Origin: an uncultured Actinomycetota bacterium
GTDB lineage: Bacteria; Actinomycetota; Actinomycetes; Mycobacteriales; SCTD01
NCBI GenBank assembly: GCA_963761695.1
Contig: CAVXIB010000016.1
Span: 229,858 to 293,857 of the forward strand
Direction of reading: 5' to 3'
Length of the DNA stretch: 64,000 nt
Below, piece after piece: positions 1 to 8,584 of this stretch (its first letter is position 1; each line of letters begins with the position of its first letter). Below the pieces are notes generated by a model. That model did not search any database and had not been told where the DNA came from. It was given only the letters and a program-made list of their open reading frames with translations. Position numbers and translations under genes: made by a program.

Positions 1-726
1 GGTCGTGTCGCTCGGCGCGGCGACGGCGATCCCGTCGGCCATGGTCGCCATGCTGGCCAGCGCGACGGGGTGACCGGCCACGAGCGAGCCCGGCAGCGAC
101 GCCGCTCCGGAGGCCTGCGCCGCCACCACCTCGACGTCCGGCCGCAGCGCCTTCACCGCCGCGGCCACCCCCGACACGAGCCCGCCGCCCCCGGTGCAGA
201 CGACGACCGTGCGCACGTCCGGGCACTGCTCGAGCACCTCGAGGCCGACGGTGCCCTGCCCGGCGATCACGTCCGGATGGTCGAAGGGGTGGATGAACAC
301 CGCACCGGTCTGCTCGGCGAACGCGCGCGCCTGTCCCATGGCCTCGGTGAGCGTCGCACCGTGCAGGCGGACCGCAGCGCCGTAGGCGGACGTCGCCGCC
401 ACCTTCGGCAGCGGGGCGGCCTCGGGCATGAACACCGTCGAGCGGACCCCCAGCAGCTGCGCCGCCAGGGCCACCCCCTGTGCGTGGTTGCCGGCACTCG
501 CGGCGACCACGCCGCAGGCGCGCTCCCGGTCGGTCAGGCGGGCCATCCGCACGTAGGCACCGCGCAGCTTGAACGACCCGGTGCGCTGCAGGTTCTCGCA
601 CTTGAGGAAGACCGGCCCCCCGACGCCGTCGGACAGCGGCCGGGAGCCCTCCATCGGGGTCGTCCGCACCACGCCCTCGAGCAGACGTCGGGCGGCCTGC
701 ACGTCGGCGAGCGAGACGAGGTCCAC
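1..726 (-). CDS. ilvA: threonine ammonia-lyase (threonine dehydratase), N-terminal part; gene runs off the left edge
   Basis: Hand translation of the minus strand from GTG at 724-726: VDLVSLADVQAARRLLEGVVRTTPMEG..VFLKCENLQRTGSFKLRGAYV..VVAASAGNHAQGVALAA..VVCTGGGGLVSGVAAAVK. It has the SFKLRG PLP-lysine motif and GGGGL loop of fold-type II Ser/Thr dehydratases. It is absent from the ORF track because no stop lies inside the window. Confidence 0.8.
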   Translation of the reverse strand, partial: MDLVSLADVQAARRLLEGVVRTTPMEGSRPLSDGVGGPVFLKCENLQRTGSFKLRGAYVRMARLTDRERACGVVAASAGNHAQGVALAAQLLGVRSTVFMPEAAPLPKVAATSAYGAAVRLHGATLTEAMGQARAFAEQTGAVFIHPFDHPDVIAGQGTVGLEVLEQCPDVRTVVVCTGGGGLVSGVAAAVKALRPDVEVVAAQASGAASLPGSLVAGHPVALASMATMADGIAVAAPSDTT

Positions 727-759
727 GACCCTGAGTGTGTCAGCCCGGCCGGCGCACCC

Positions 760-1917
760 TCACGGCAGGAGCAGGACCGCCGCGGTGAACCCGTGCAGGT
801 GGTTGCGCCCCCCGACCGGGCCGAGCTCGCCTCCCGCGAAGAAGCCCCCGACGCCGTGCGGCGACAGGACCTCCCGCACCACGCGGGGATCGTGGTCGGC
901 GCCGCCGTGGCCCGGTCCGAACAGGGCCGCCCCGCGCCCGTTGCAGGTGAACAGCAGCACCCCCGACGACGGCGCCTGCGCCCCCCGGGCCCGATGCAGC
1001 AGACGCCGGAGCTCGACGTCGGCGGCGTCGGCGTCGCGGACCTGCAGCCGCACGGTCTGGCCCACCTCGACGAGGTCGCCGACGACGAGCCCCCCGGTGT
1101 CCCGGTCCGCGCCGAGGATCGCCCGCACCAGGAAGTCGGGCTCGTCGGGGTGCTCGTCCGCGGCGATGCCCAGGTGCAGCCCGGCGCTGGCCAGCGCCTG
1201 GTCATGAGGCGGGAGGTCGCGCAGCACCTGCTCCACCCGGGCCAGCGCGGGCCGGCCGGCCAGCTCCAGGAGCACGTTGCCCGCCCCACGGGTGACCGTC
1301 ATGGCAGGTCCGACCGGACGACACCCCTGGCTCACGACCGCCCTGGCGCCGGTCCCCGCCAGCACCACCCCGACGGCGCCGCGGTCCACCGCCCGCCCGT
1401 CGAGCAGCAACCGGGTCGACCCGGCACCACCCGGTCCGGACGCCAGGCCGCCGACGACGGGCAGGCCACCCAGCACGTCGTGGCTGCGGGTGACGAAGCC
1501 GTCCACGGGAAAGCTGTAGGGGTCGGCCAGCAGCAGCACGACCTCGTCGCCGTCGGAGCGCTCGGGCATCCCGACCACCGCGCTGCCGGCGTCGGTCTGC
1601 AGCACCTCGAGGTGGAAGGGCCGCAGTGCCGCCCCCGGCAGGGTGGCCGCCCAGACCGACACCGCCGGACGGCCCTCCACGCCGCGGTCGCCGGCCACCA
1701 CGCCGGCGGCCCCGCAGCCCAGCAGCACCCGGGCGGAGGTCAGCCCGGCCACCCGCTCCCCGACGGCGACGACCTCGTCGGGTGTCGCACCGCTGACGAA
1801 GACGGTCACCAGGTCGGGCACCTGCCCACCCAGGCCGCGCATCGCAGCCGCCGCCGCCCGCTCGGCTCCGGCCAGCAGGTCGGCGTCCACGGCCAGTCCG
1901 TCACCGCTGCGCGTCAC
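760..1917 (-). CDS. FIST-domain sensory protein
   Basis: ORF 760..2265(-). The upstream third is Arg/Pro-rich junk, so I placed the start at in-frame GTG 1915-1917 (VTRSGDGLAVDADLL..). The C-terminus ..VLLFTCNGRGAALFG..VGGFFAGGELGPVGGRNHLHGFTAAVLL matches the FIST_C pattern as I remember it. Confidence 0.65.
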   Translation of the reverse strand: MTRSGDGLAVDADLLAGAERAAAAAMRGLGGQVPDLVTVFVSGATPDEVVAVGERVAGLTSARVLLGCGAAGVVAGDRGVEGRPAVSVWAATLPGAALRPFHLEVLQTDAGSAVVGMPERSDGDEVVLLLADPYSFPVDGFVTRSHDVLGGLPVVGGLASGPGGAGSTRLLLDGRAVDRGAVGVVLAGTGARAVVSQGCRPVGPAMTVTRGAGNVLLELAGRPALARVEQVLRDLPPHDQALASAGLHLGIAADEHPDEPDFLVRAILGADRDTGGLVVGDLVEVGQTVRLQVRDADAADVELRRLLHRARGAQAPSSGVLLFTCNGRGAALFGPGHGGADHDPRVVREVLSPHGVGGFFAGGELGPVGGRNHLHGFTAAVLLLP

Positions 1918-1987
1918 CGGCCCATCCTGCCCGTCCGGCCCGCAGACGCGCCTCGCGGGCCCGGCACGGCGGACGTACTGTCGACCG

Positions 1988-3415
1988 GTGACAGCCCACC
2001 CCGCCGCACCCTCCTCTCCGAGCACGCCGGCCCCCTCGCCGACCACCCTGGGCGCCCTGCGCGCCGGCGGCCACGAGCACCGCACGGTGAAGGCCGAGGT
2101 GCGGGCGAACCTGCTGGCGCGCCTGGCCGCCGGCGCACCGACCTTCCCCGGCCTGCTCGGCTTCGACGACACCGTGCTGCCCGAGGTGGAGCGCGCCCTG
2201 ATCGCCGGCCACGACCTCGTGCTGCTCGGCGAGCGCGGCCAGGGCAAGACCCGGCTGGCCCGCACCGTCGCCGGACTGCTCGACGAGTGGACGCCGCAGG
2301 TGCAGGGCTGCGAGATCCACGACCACCCCTACGCCCCGGTCTGCTCCCGCTGCACGGGCCTGCTCGCCGAGCTCGGGGACGACCTCCCGGTCTCGTGGCT
2401 GCACCGGTCCGACCGCTACGGCGAGAAGCTCGCGACGCCCGACACCTCGGTGGGCGACCTCATCGGCGATGTCGACCCCATCAAGGTGGCCGAGGGGCGC
2501 ACCCTGGGTGACCCCGAGACGGTGCACTACGGGCTCGTGCCCCGCACCAACCGAGGTGTCTTCACCATCAACGAGCTCCCGGACCTGGCCGAGCGCATCC
2601 AGGTGGCGCTGCTCAACGTGCTGGAGGAGCGCGACGTGCAGGTGCGCGGCTACACGCTGCGCCTGCCGCTGGACCTGCTGCTCATCGCCAGCGCCAACCC
2701 GGAGGACTACACCAACCGCGGCCGCATCATCACGCCGCTCAAGGACCGGTTCGGCACGGAGGTGCGCACGCACTACCCGCTCGCCCTCGAGGACGAGGTG
2801 AGGGTGGTCCTGCAGGAGGCCGACCTGTCCGGCGCCGTCGTCCCGTCGCACCTGGTCGAGGTCGTCGCCCGCTACACCCGTCTGGTCCGCGACGCCCCGC
2901 AGGTCGACCAGCGCTCCGGCGTCTCGGCCCGCTTCGCCGTCGCGTGCGCCGAGACCGTGGCCGCCTCCGCCGCACGCCGGGCCGCGATCACCGGGGAGCC
3001 GGCCGCCGTCGCCCGGGTGTGCGACCTGCCCGCCGTCGTCAGCGCCTCCCGCGGCAAGGTCGAGTTCGAGGCCGCCGAGGAGGGCCGGGAGACCGAGGTG
3101 CTGGCCCACCTGCTGCGCAAGGCCACGGCCGACACCTTCCGGGCCCGCCTCGCTGGGCTCGACCTGTCGGCGCTGCAGGAACGGTTCGCCGCGGGTGAGT
3201 CCGTCGAGACCGGGGACCTCGTTCCGGCGTCGGACCTGCTCTCCGCGCTCGGCCCGGTGCCGGGTCTGGCGGCCCTGCTGCAGCGGCTCGGCGACGACCA
3301 GGAGTCACCCGGCCTCGCCGCGGCCGCCGTCGAGCTGGCCCTGGAGGGCCTCTACCTCAACCGCCGGCTGGCCAAGGAGACCGTGGGCGGCCGCGCCGTG
3401 TACGGCGGCCGGTGA
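1988..3415 (+). CDS. AAA+ ATPase, ChlI/BchI Mg-chelatase-like (sigma-54-interaction-type) family
   Basis: ORF 1643..3415(+), with the start moved to in-frame GTG 1988. Walker A LLGERGQGKT, Walker B VFTINELPDL, then ..ERDVQVRGYTLRLPLDLLLIASANPEDYTNRGRIITPLKDRFG. The stop overlaps the next start (GTGA at 3412-3415). Confidence 0.85.
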   Translation: MTAHPAAPSSPSTPAPSPTTLGALRAGGHEHRTVKAEVRANLLARLAAGAPTFPGLLGFDDTVLPEVERALIAGHDLVLLGERGQGKTRLARTVAGLLDEWTPQVQGCEIHDHPYAPVCSRCTGLLAELGDDLPVSWLHRSDRYGEKLATPDTSVGDLIGDVDPIKVAEGRTLGDPETVHYGLVPRTNRGVFTINELPDLAERIQVALLNVLEERDVQVRGYTLRLPLDLLLIASANPEDYTNRGRIITPLKDRFGTEVRTHYPLALEDEVRVVLQEADLSGAVVPSHLVEVVARYTRLVRDAPQVDQRSGVSARFAVACAETVAASAARRAAITGEPAAVARVCDLPAVVSASRGKVEFEAAEEGRETEVLAHLLRKATADTFRARLAGLDLSALQERFAAGESVETGDLVPASDLLSALGPVPGLAALLQRLGDDQESPGLAAAAVELALEGLYLNRRLAKETVGGRAVYGGR

Positions 3416-3669
3416 CCCCGCTCGACGCCGCCCTCCTGCGACGGCGGGTCCTGCTCACCGCGCTGCTGACGCTCGCGCTGTTCGTGACCATGACCTACGT
3501 GCACACCGCCCTCGGCGTCAGCGACTGGTGGCTCGCCCCCGCCGCGGTGCTGCTGTACGCGCTCGTCGTCCGGCCCCTCATGGCGCCGGTGCGGGCGGCG
3601 ACCCGGCTGCGCCGCGACCTCGCCTACCAGGCCTGGCTCGACCAGCGACCGCCGCAGGACGCGCCATGA
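3412..3669 (+). CDS. small membrane protein (two hydrophobic helices), unknown function
   Basis: 85-aa ORF with hydrophobic stretches LLTALLTLALFVTMTYV and WWLAPAAVLLYALVV. A GTGA overlap with the ATPase stop and an ATGA overlap with the VWA start suggest translational coupling. Confidence 0.5.
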   Translation: MTPLDAALLRRRVLLTALLTLALFVTMTYVHTALGVSDWWLAPAAVLLYALVVRPLMAPVRAATRLRRDLAYQAWLDQRPPQDAP

Positions 3670-5614
3670 CGTCGGCGTACCGCTACGGCGCCTGGGACGG
3701 CGGCCGCGACCCGCTCGAGCCGCCGTTCGACGTCGCGTCCGCTCTCGACGAGATCGGGGAGCGGGTCCTGGCCGGTGACAGTCCCCGGCAGGCGCTGCGC
3801 GACCTCCTGCGGCAGGGCACCGACGGGCTGCGCGGCCTGGACGACCTGCGCCGCAAGGTGTCCAAGGCCCAGCGCGAGGCGCGTAAGAAGGGGCGCCTGG
3901 ACGGCACGCTCGAGGAGGTCCGGGCCCTGCTCGAGCAGGCCCTGGAGCAGGAGAAGGCCGCCCTGTTCCCGGACCCCTCCGACGCCGCCCGGATGGCCGA
4001 GATGGAGCTCGACACCCTCCCCCGCGACACCGCACGTGCCGTCCAGGACCTCAAGGACTACGCCTGGCGCTCCCCCGAGGCGCAGGCCACCTTCGAGCAG
4101 ATCGACGACCTGCTCCGCCGCGAGGTGCTCGACAGCCAGTTCAAGGGGATGAAGCAGGCGCTGGAGAGCAGCACGCCCGAGGACCTGGCGAAGGTCAAGG
4201 ACATGCTCGCCGACCTCAACCGGATGATGGACGCCGACGCCCGGGGCGAGCACACCCCTGAGCAGTTCGCCGCGTTCATGGACCGGCACGGCGAGTTCTT
4301 CCCCTCCTCCCCGCAGTCGCTGGAGGAGCTCGTCGACGAGCTGGCCCGGCGGGCGGCCGCGCAGCAGCGGCTGATGGACTCCCTCACTCCCGAGCAGCGT
4401 CAGGAGCTCGGCGAGCTCATGGCCGGAGCATGGACCTCGACCTGCAGTCGCTCATGGGGCAGCTCGGCGACAACCTGCGCGGCGCCCGCCCGGACCTGCC
4501 GTGGAACGGTGCGGAGCGGATGCGGGGCGACCAGGGTCTGGGGATGGGCGACGCCACCACGGCCCTGGAGGAGCTGGCCGACCTCGAGGACCTGGAGGCC
4601 GCGCTCGGCCAGGACTATCCGGGCGCCACCCTCGACGACGTCGACGAGGCGGCCGTCCAGCGCGCACTCGGTCGAGGTGCGGTCGACGACGTCGCCGCGC
4701 TACGACGGATCGAGCGCGAGCTGCTCGAGCAGGGCTACCTCGTCCGCGACGCGCAGGGGCGGCTGGAGCTGTCGCCCCGGGCGGTCCGCCGGCTCGGTGC
4801 CACGGCGCTGCGCAAGGTGTTCGCGGAGCTGTCGGCGAAGGGCCGCGGCGGGCACGACCTCAAGGACGCCGGGGCCGCGGGCGAGCGCACCGGCGCCTCC
4901 CGCTCCTGGGAGTTCGGCGACGAGCAGCCCCTCGACGTCGTCCGCACGGTCCGCAACGCCGTGGTGCGGTCGGGCTCGGGCTCCCCCGTGCGGCTGCAGG
5001 TGCAGGACTTCGAGGTGGTGGAGACCGAGCGCCGCACGACCGCCGCCGTCGCGCTCCTGGTCGACCTGTCGTTCTCCATGGAGATCAACGGGGTCTGGGC
5101 ACAGGCCAAGCAGACGGCCCTCGCGCTGCACTCGCTCGTGACCACCCAGTACCCCCAGGACGCCATCGAGGTCATCGGGTTCTGCGACTACGCGCAGGTG
5201 CTGCGGCCCGAGCAGCTCGCCGGCCTGGACGCCCAGCGCGTCCAGGGCACCAACCTGCAGCACGCCCTGATGCTGGCCGGGCGGTTCCTGGCCAGGCACC
5301 CGGACAGCGAACCGGTCGTGCTCGTGGTGACCGACGGCGAGCCCACGGCGCACCTGTCCCGGGGCGGCCATGCGGAGTTCTGCTGGCCGCCGCTGCCCGA
5401 GACGCTGGAGCTCACCATGGCCGAGGTCGAGCGGATCACCCGGCGCGGAGCGACCATCAACGTGTTCCTGCTCGACGAGGCGCCGGGGCTGGTGGACTTC
5501 GTGCACGGGATCGCGGCCCGCAACGGCGGGCGGGTCTTCACCCCAGACCCGGGGCGGCTCGGGGAGCACGTGGTCAGCGACTACCTCCGGGCCCGGCGCG
5601 GCCGCAAGGCCTGA
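3666..5614 (+). pseudogene. VWA (von Willebrand factor A) domain protein, partner of the AAA+ ATPase; one frame break near 4420-4435 as assembled
   Basis: The N-part lies in the frame of ORF 3195..5141 from ATG 3666 (MTSAYRYGAWDGGRDPLEPPFD.., a long charged region, ..QRQELGELMAGA). The C-part is ORF 4430..5614 (..AAVALLVDLSFSM..TNLQHALMLA..VVLVVTDGEPTAH, a MIDAS-type VWA fold). Positions 3666 and 4430 are 764 nt apart, so they are in different frames. Confidence 0.8.
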
Positions 5615-5617
5615 CCC

Positions 5618-5648
5618 GGGGGTCGGGGGCCGGGGGTTGGGGGTTGGG
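5618..5648 (+). other. G-run tract of G-quadruplex type: GGGGG-tc-GGGGG-cc-GGGGG-tt-GGGGG-tt-GGG
   Basis: Read directly: G5 runs at 5618-5622, 5625-5629, 5632-5636 and 5639-5643, and G3 at 5646-5648. The tract starts 4 nt after the VWA TGA (5612-5614) on the sense strand. Confidence 0.6.
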
Positions 5649-5708
5649 CGGTCGGGCGGCGCGGTCGCGCCCCGGGGGGTCGGGCGGGCCCCGGGGGTCG
5701 CTCCGAGG

Positions 5709-6262
5709 GACGACTGTCGCGGTACGCCCCACCCGCAGCACCCATCCGGGGCGCAACGCGACAGTGGCGGACCCGGGGCGGTCCCGGGGCGAGCCCACCC
5801 CGCGACGGGACCCGTCTCCACAACGACTGTCGCGGTACGCCCCACCCGCAGCACCCATCCGGGGCGCAACGCGACAGTCGCGGTCCCGGGCGGTCCCGGG
5901 GCGGCCCACCCCGCGACGGGACCCGTCTCCCCGGACGACTGTCGCGGTACGCCCCACCCGCAGCACCCACCCGGGGCGCAACGCGACAGTCGCGGTCCCG
6001 GGCGGCCCGGGCGGCGCACCCCGCGACAGGACCCGTCTCCCCGAACGACTGTCGCGGTACGCCCCACCCGCAGCACCCACCCGGGGCGCAACCCGACAGT
6101 CGCGGTCCCGGGGGCGGTCCCGGGGCGGCCCACCCCGCGACAGGACCCGCTCCCCGAGCGACTGTCGGGGTACCCCCACCCGCAGCACCCACCCGGGGCG
6201 CAACGCGACAGTGGCAGCCGCACCTGGGCACCCGGACGCACCCGGGGAGCGACTGTCGCGGG
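5709..6262. repeat. tandem array A: about 5.3 copies of a 110-113 bp unit, each carrying two hairpins
   Basis: Unit starts (cgactgtcgcg) are at 5711, 5824, 5936, 6046 and 6159, with a partial copy at 6250. Hairpin 1 is CGACTGTCGCG-gta-CGCCCC-17nt-GGGGCG-caa-CGCGACAGTCG. Hairpin 2 is GGTCCCG-about 20nt-CGGGACC. The whole unit is conserved between copies. Confidence 0.9.
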
Positions 6263-6322
6263 CCGCACCCAGGCGACCCAGGGCCCCGGCGACCCAGCGA
6301 CCCCCACGGCCGCCGGACGGAC

Positions 6323-6814
6323 CTACCGGACGGCGTCGGCGAGGGCGGCGTCGGGCTGGCAGACCCGGCAGGCCTTGAGGGAGCGGGACCGCGCCTCGGC
6401 GGGCGACAGGTAGCCGGTCTCCTCGCGGCCGTCGACGAGGCGGCAACCGGGGACGTGATAGCTCGCGGTGCCCGCCACGACGAGTCCGGACAGGTCCTGC
6501 GGCGCCGCGCTCCCGTGCCGCCCGCCGGCCGGACCGGCCAGCTCGCCGGCGGCCAGGGCATCGACCAGCTGGTCGAGCTTGGCCTCGAGCCGGGCCCGGT
6601 CCTCGCGCGCCCCGGTGACCACCATGACGGCGGCCCCGATGACGATCAGGCCCAGACCGATCATCCCGCCGGAGAGCAGGTAGGGCAGCTGTGCGGTGAC
6701 GGTCAGCTGGCTGGCGGCGCCGTTCCAGCCGACGGCGACCGCGAGCAGGCCGACCGCGGCGAGGACGACGCCGACGGGTGCACCGAACCGGCCGAACTGC
6801 GGGGGCTTGTTCAC
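6323..6814 (-). CDS. membrane protein with C-terminal Cys-rich motif, unknown function
   Basis: 163-aa ORF with two hydrophobic segments (VGVVLAAVGLLAVAVGW, LLSGGMIGLGLIVIGAAVMVV). The C-terminus is SYHVPGCRLV..SLKACRVCQP (YHxxGC..CxxC). Confidence 0.6.
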   Translation of the reverse strand: MNKPPQFGRFGAPVGVVLAAVGLLAVAVGWNGAASQLTVTAQLPYLLSGGMIGLGLIVIGAAVMVVTGAREDRARLEAKLDQLVDALAAGELAGPAGGRHGSAAPQDLSGLVVAGTASYHVPGCRLVDGREETGYLSPAEARSRSLKACRVCQPDAALADAVR

Positions 6815-6848
6815 GGGTGGAGCTCCTTCGGGGAACGGGTGGCGGCGG

Positions 6849-7562
6849 TCACGACGACTCGCCCAGGTAGGTCTTGCGGAGCTCGCCGGACTCCTCCAGC
6901 TCGCGGCCGCGGCCGTCGAAGGTGAGGGTCCCCTTCTCCATGATCAGGGCCTGGTCGGCGTAGGGCAGGACGCCGACGTTCTGCTCGACGATGATCACCG
7001 TGGTGCCGTCGTCGTTGATCTGGGAGACCACCTGGAACACGGTCTGGGCCAGCTTGGGCGACAGTCCGAGCGACGCCTCGTCGATCATGAGCATGCGGGG
7101 CTTGCTCATGATGGCGCGGCCGATGGCGAGCATCTGCTGCTCGCCGCCGGACATGGTCCCGGCCATCTGGTCCTTGCGCTCCTCGAGCCTCGGGAAGTAG
7201 CTGAAGACCTGCTCGATCGTGTCGTTGATGCCCTTGTCCTTGCCCCGGACCCAGGCCCCGAGCTCGAGGTTCTTGAGCACCGTGAGTCCCGGCCACACGC
7301 GGCGGCCCTCGGGGGACAGGGCGATGCCGGCCTTGACGATCCCGGGGGCGTCCTTGCCGCTGATCTTCTTGCCGTCGAAGCGGACCTCGCCGCCCCAGGT
7401 GGGCAGGATGCCCGCCAGGCAGTTGACCGTGGTCGTCTTGCCGGCCCCGTTGAGGCCGAAGATGACCGCGGTCTCGCCCTCCTCCACCGAGAAGGAGATC
7501 CCCTGCAGGACGGGCAGCGCGCCGTAGCCGGTGCGCAGTCCCTCCACCTCGAGCAGGGCCAT
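6849..7562 (-). CDS. livF: branched-chain amino acid ABC transporter ATP-binding protein LivF
   Basis: ORF 6849..7889(-), trimmed to ATG 7562 (MALLEVEGLRTGYGALPVLQGISFSVEEGE..GLNGAGKTTT..LSGGEQQMLAIGRA..LMIDEASLGLSP). An ATGA overlap joins it to the livG stop. Confidence 0.9.
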   Translation of the reverse strand: MALLEVEGLRTGYGALPVLQGISFSVEEGETAVIFGLNGAGKTTTVNCLAGILPTWGGEVRFDGKKISGKDAPGIVKAGIALSPEGRRVWPGLTVLKNLELGAWVRGKDKGINDTIEQVFSYFPRLEERKDQMAGTMSGGEQQMLAIGRAIMSKPRMLMIDEASLGLSPKLAQTVFQVVSQINDDGTTVIIVEQNVGVLPYADQALIMEKGTLTFDGRGRELEESGELRKTYLGESS

Positions 7563-8584
7563 CAGGCGTCCTCGTCCTTCATCACGCGCGGGGTCCGCTT
7601 GCGGGGTGGTGCGGTCGGCGTCGGCACGGACGCCTTGCGGGGCGCCCGCTTGCGCGGCGTCGCCGCCAGCGGTGCCGCCGGGGCCGGAGCGGGGTCGTCG
7701 TGGTGCTCGATGGCCTGCTCGAGCTGAGCCTCCAGGGCCGCGTCCTCGTCGGACTCGACCGTGGCCGCGAGGGCCTCGGGCGCCTCGCCGCCGAGGTAGG
7801 CCGCGACCACCTCCGGGTGCGTCTGGATGACGCTCGGCCTGCCCTCCGCGAGCAGCCGGCCGAAGTTCAGGACGTAGACGTGGTCGCACACCCGCAGGAC
7901 CAGCGGCACGTGGTGCTCGATGACGAGCATCGTCAGCCCGAACTCCCGGCGCAGCACCAGCAGCCGCTCGCCGAGCTCGTCGGACTCGTCCGGTCCCATG
8001 CCCGACGTCGGCTCGTCCAGGAGCAGGATGTCGGGATCGGTGGCCAGCGCGCAGCCGAGCTCGAGCAGCTTCAGCGTGCCGTAGGACTGCCCGCCCACCC
8101 GCTTGTCGCGGATCGACTGGAGCCCCAGCAGGTCCAGGATGGCGTCGGCCTTCTCCTCCAGCGCGCGCTCGCGCCGCGACGTGTGGGGCAGCCCGAGCAG
8201 GCCGCTGCCGGCGTCGTACCCGGCCTTGGCGTGCTGGGCGGTCTTGAGGTTGTCCAGGGCCGTCGCGCTCTTGACCATGCCGACGTTCTGGAAGGTGCGG
8301 CCGAAGCCCATCGAGGCCTTGCGGTGCGGCGGCTCGGTGGTGACGTCGCGCCCGCGGTAGCTGACGCTCCCGGTGTTCGGCGTGTAGAAGCCGGTGATGC
8401 AGTTGAAGGCCGTCGTCTTGCCGGCGCCGTTGGGGCCGATCAGCCCGACGATCTCGAACTCGTTGACCTCGAGGTTGACGCTCTGGAGCGCCTGCAGGCC
8501 GCCGAAGCGGATCGACAGGTCGCGGACCTCCAGGACCGCGGTGCCCTGCGCCCCCTCGGGACGTGGTGCGTCAAGCACGGACAC
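7562..8584 (-). CDS. livG: branched-chain amino acid ABC transporter ATP-binding protein LivG with a long basic/Pro-rich C-terminal tail
   Basis: ORF 7562..8626(-). The start is at GTG 8584, preceded by GGAGGG. Motifs: LEVRDLSIRFGGLQAL..GPNGAGKTTAFN..LSYGTLKLLELGCALA..LLLDEPTSGM. After ..AAYLGGE there are about 85 extra residues (..PRKRAPRKASVPTPTAPPRKRTPRVMKDEDA). Confidence 0.9.
   Translation of the reverse strand: MSVLDAPRPEGAQGTAVLEVRDLSIRFGGLQALQSVNLEVNEFEIVGLIGPNGAGKTTAFNCITGFYTPNTGSVSYRGRDVTTEPPHRKASMGFGRTFQNVGMVKSATALDNLKTAQHAKAGYDAGSGLLGLPHTSRRERALEEKADAILDLLGLQSIRDKRVGGQSYGTLKLLELGCALATDPDILLLDEPTSGMGPDESDELGERLLVLRREFGLTMLVIEHHVPLVLRVCDHVYVLNFGRLLAEGRPSVIQTHPEVVAAYLGGEAPEALAATVESDEDAALEAQLEQAIEHHDDPAPAPAAPLAATPRKRAPRKASVPTPTAPPRKRTPRVMKDEDA

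Noticed and set aside
4405-4445. Programmed ribosomal frameshift in the VWA gene
   Set aside because: There is no slippery heptamer, no obvious downstream stimulatory structure, and similar breaks occur in 21 other unrelated genes. A sequencing indel is the simpler explanation.
5709-6262. Possible CRISPR array (regularly spaced palindromic repeats)
   Set aside because: The sequence between the palindromes is itself conserved from copy to copy, so there are no unique spacers. The period of about 112 bp is too long, and no cas genes are in the window. It is a tandem repeat, not a CRISPR array.
4501-6561. Long ORFs running through array A (for example 4501..6378+, 5370..6413+, 4700..6307-, 5574..6446-, 5581..6561-) that encode repetitive peptides such as TVAVRPTRSTHPGRNATVA
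   Set aside because: Several frames on both strands are open at once, which is a GC-content artefact. The peptides are Arg/Pro/Gly-rich with no domain-like sequence, no ribosome-binding sites are visible, and the DNA is dominated by hairpins.
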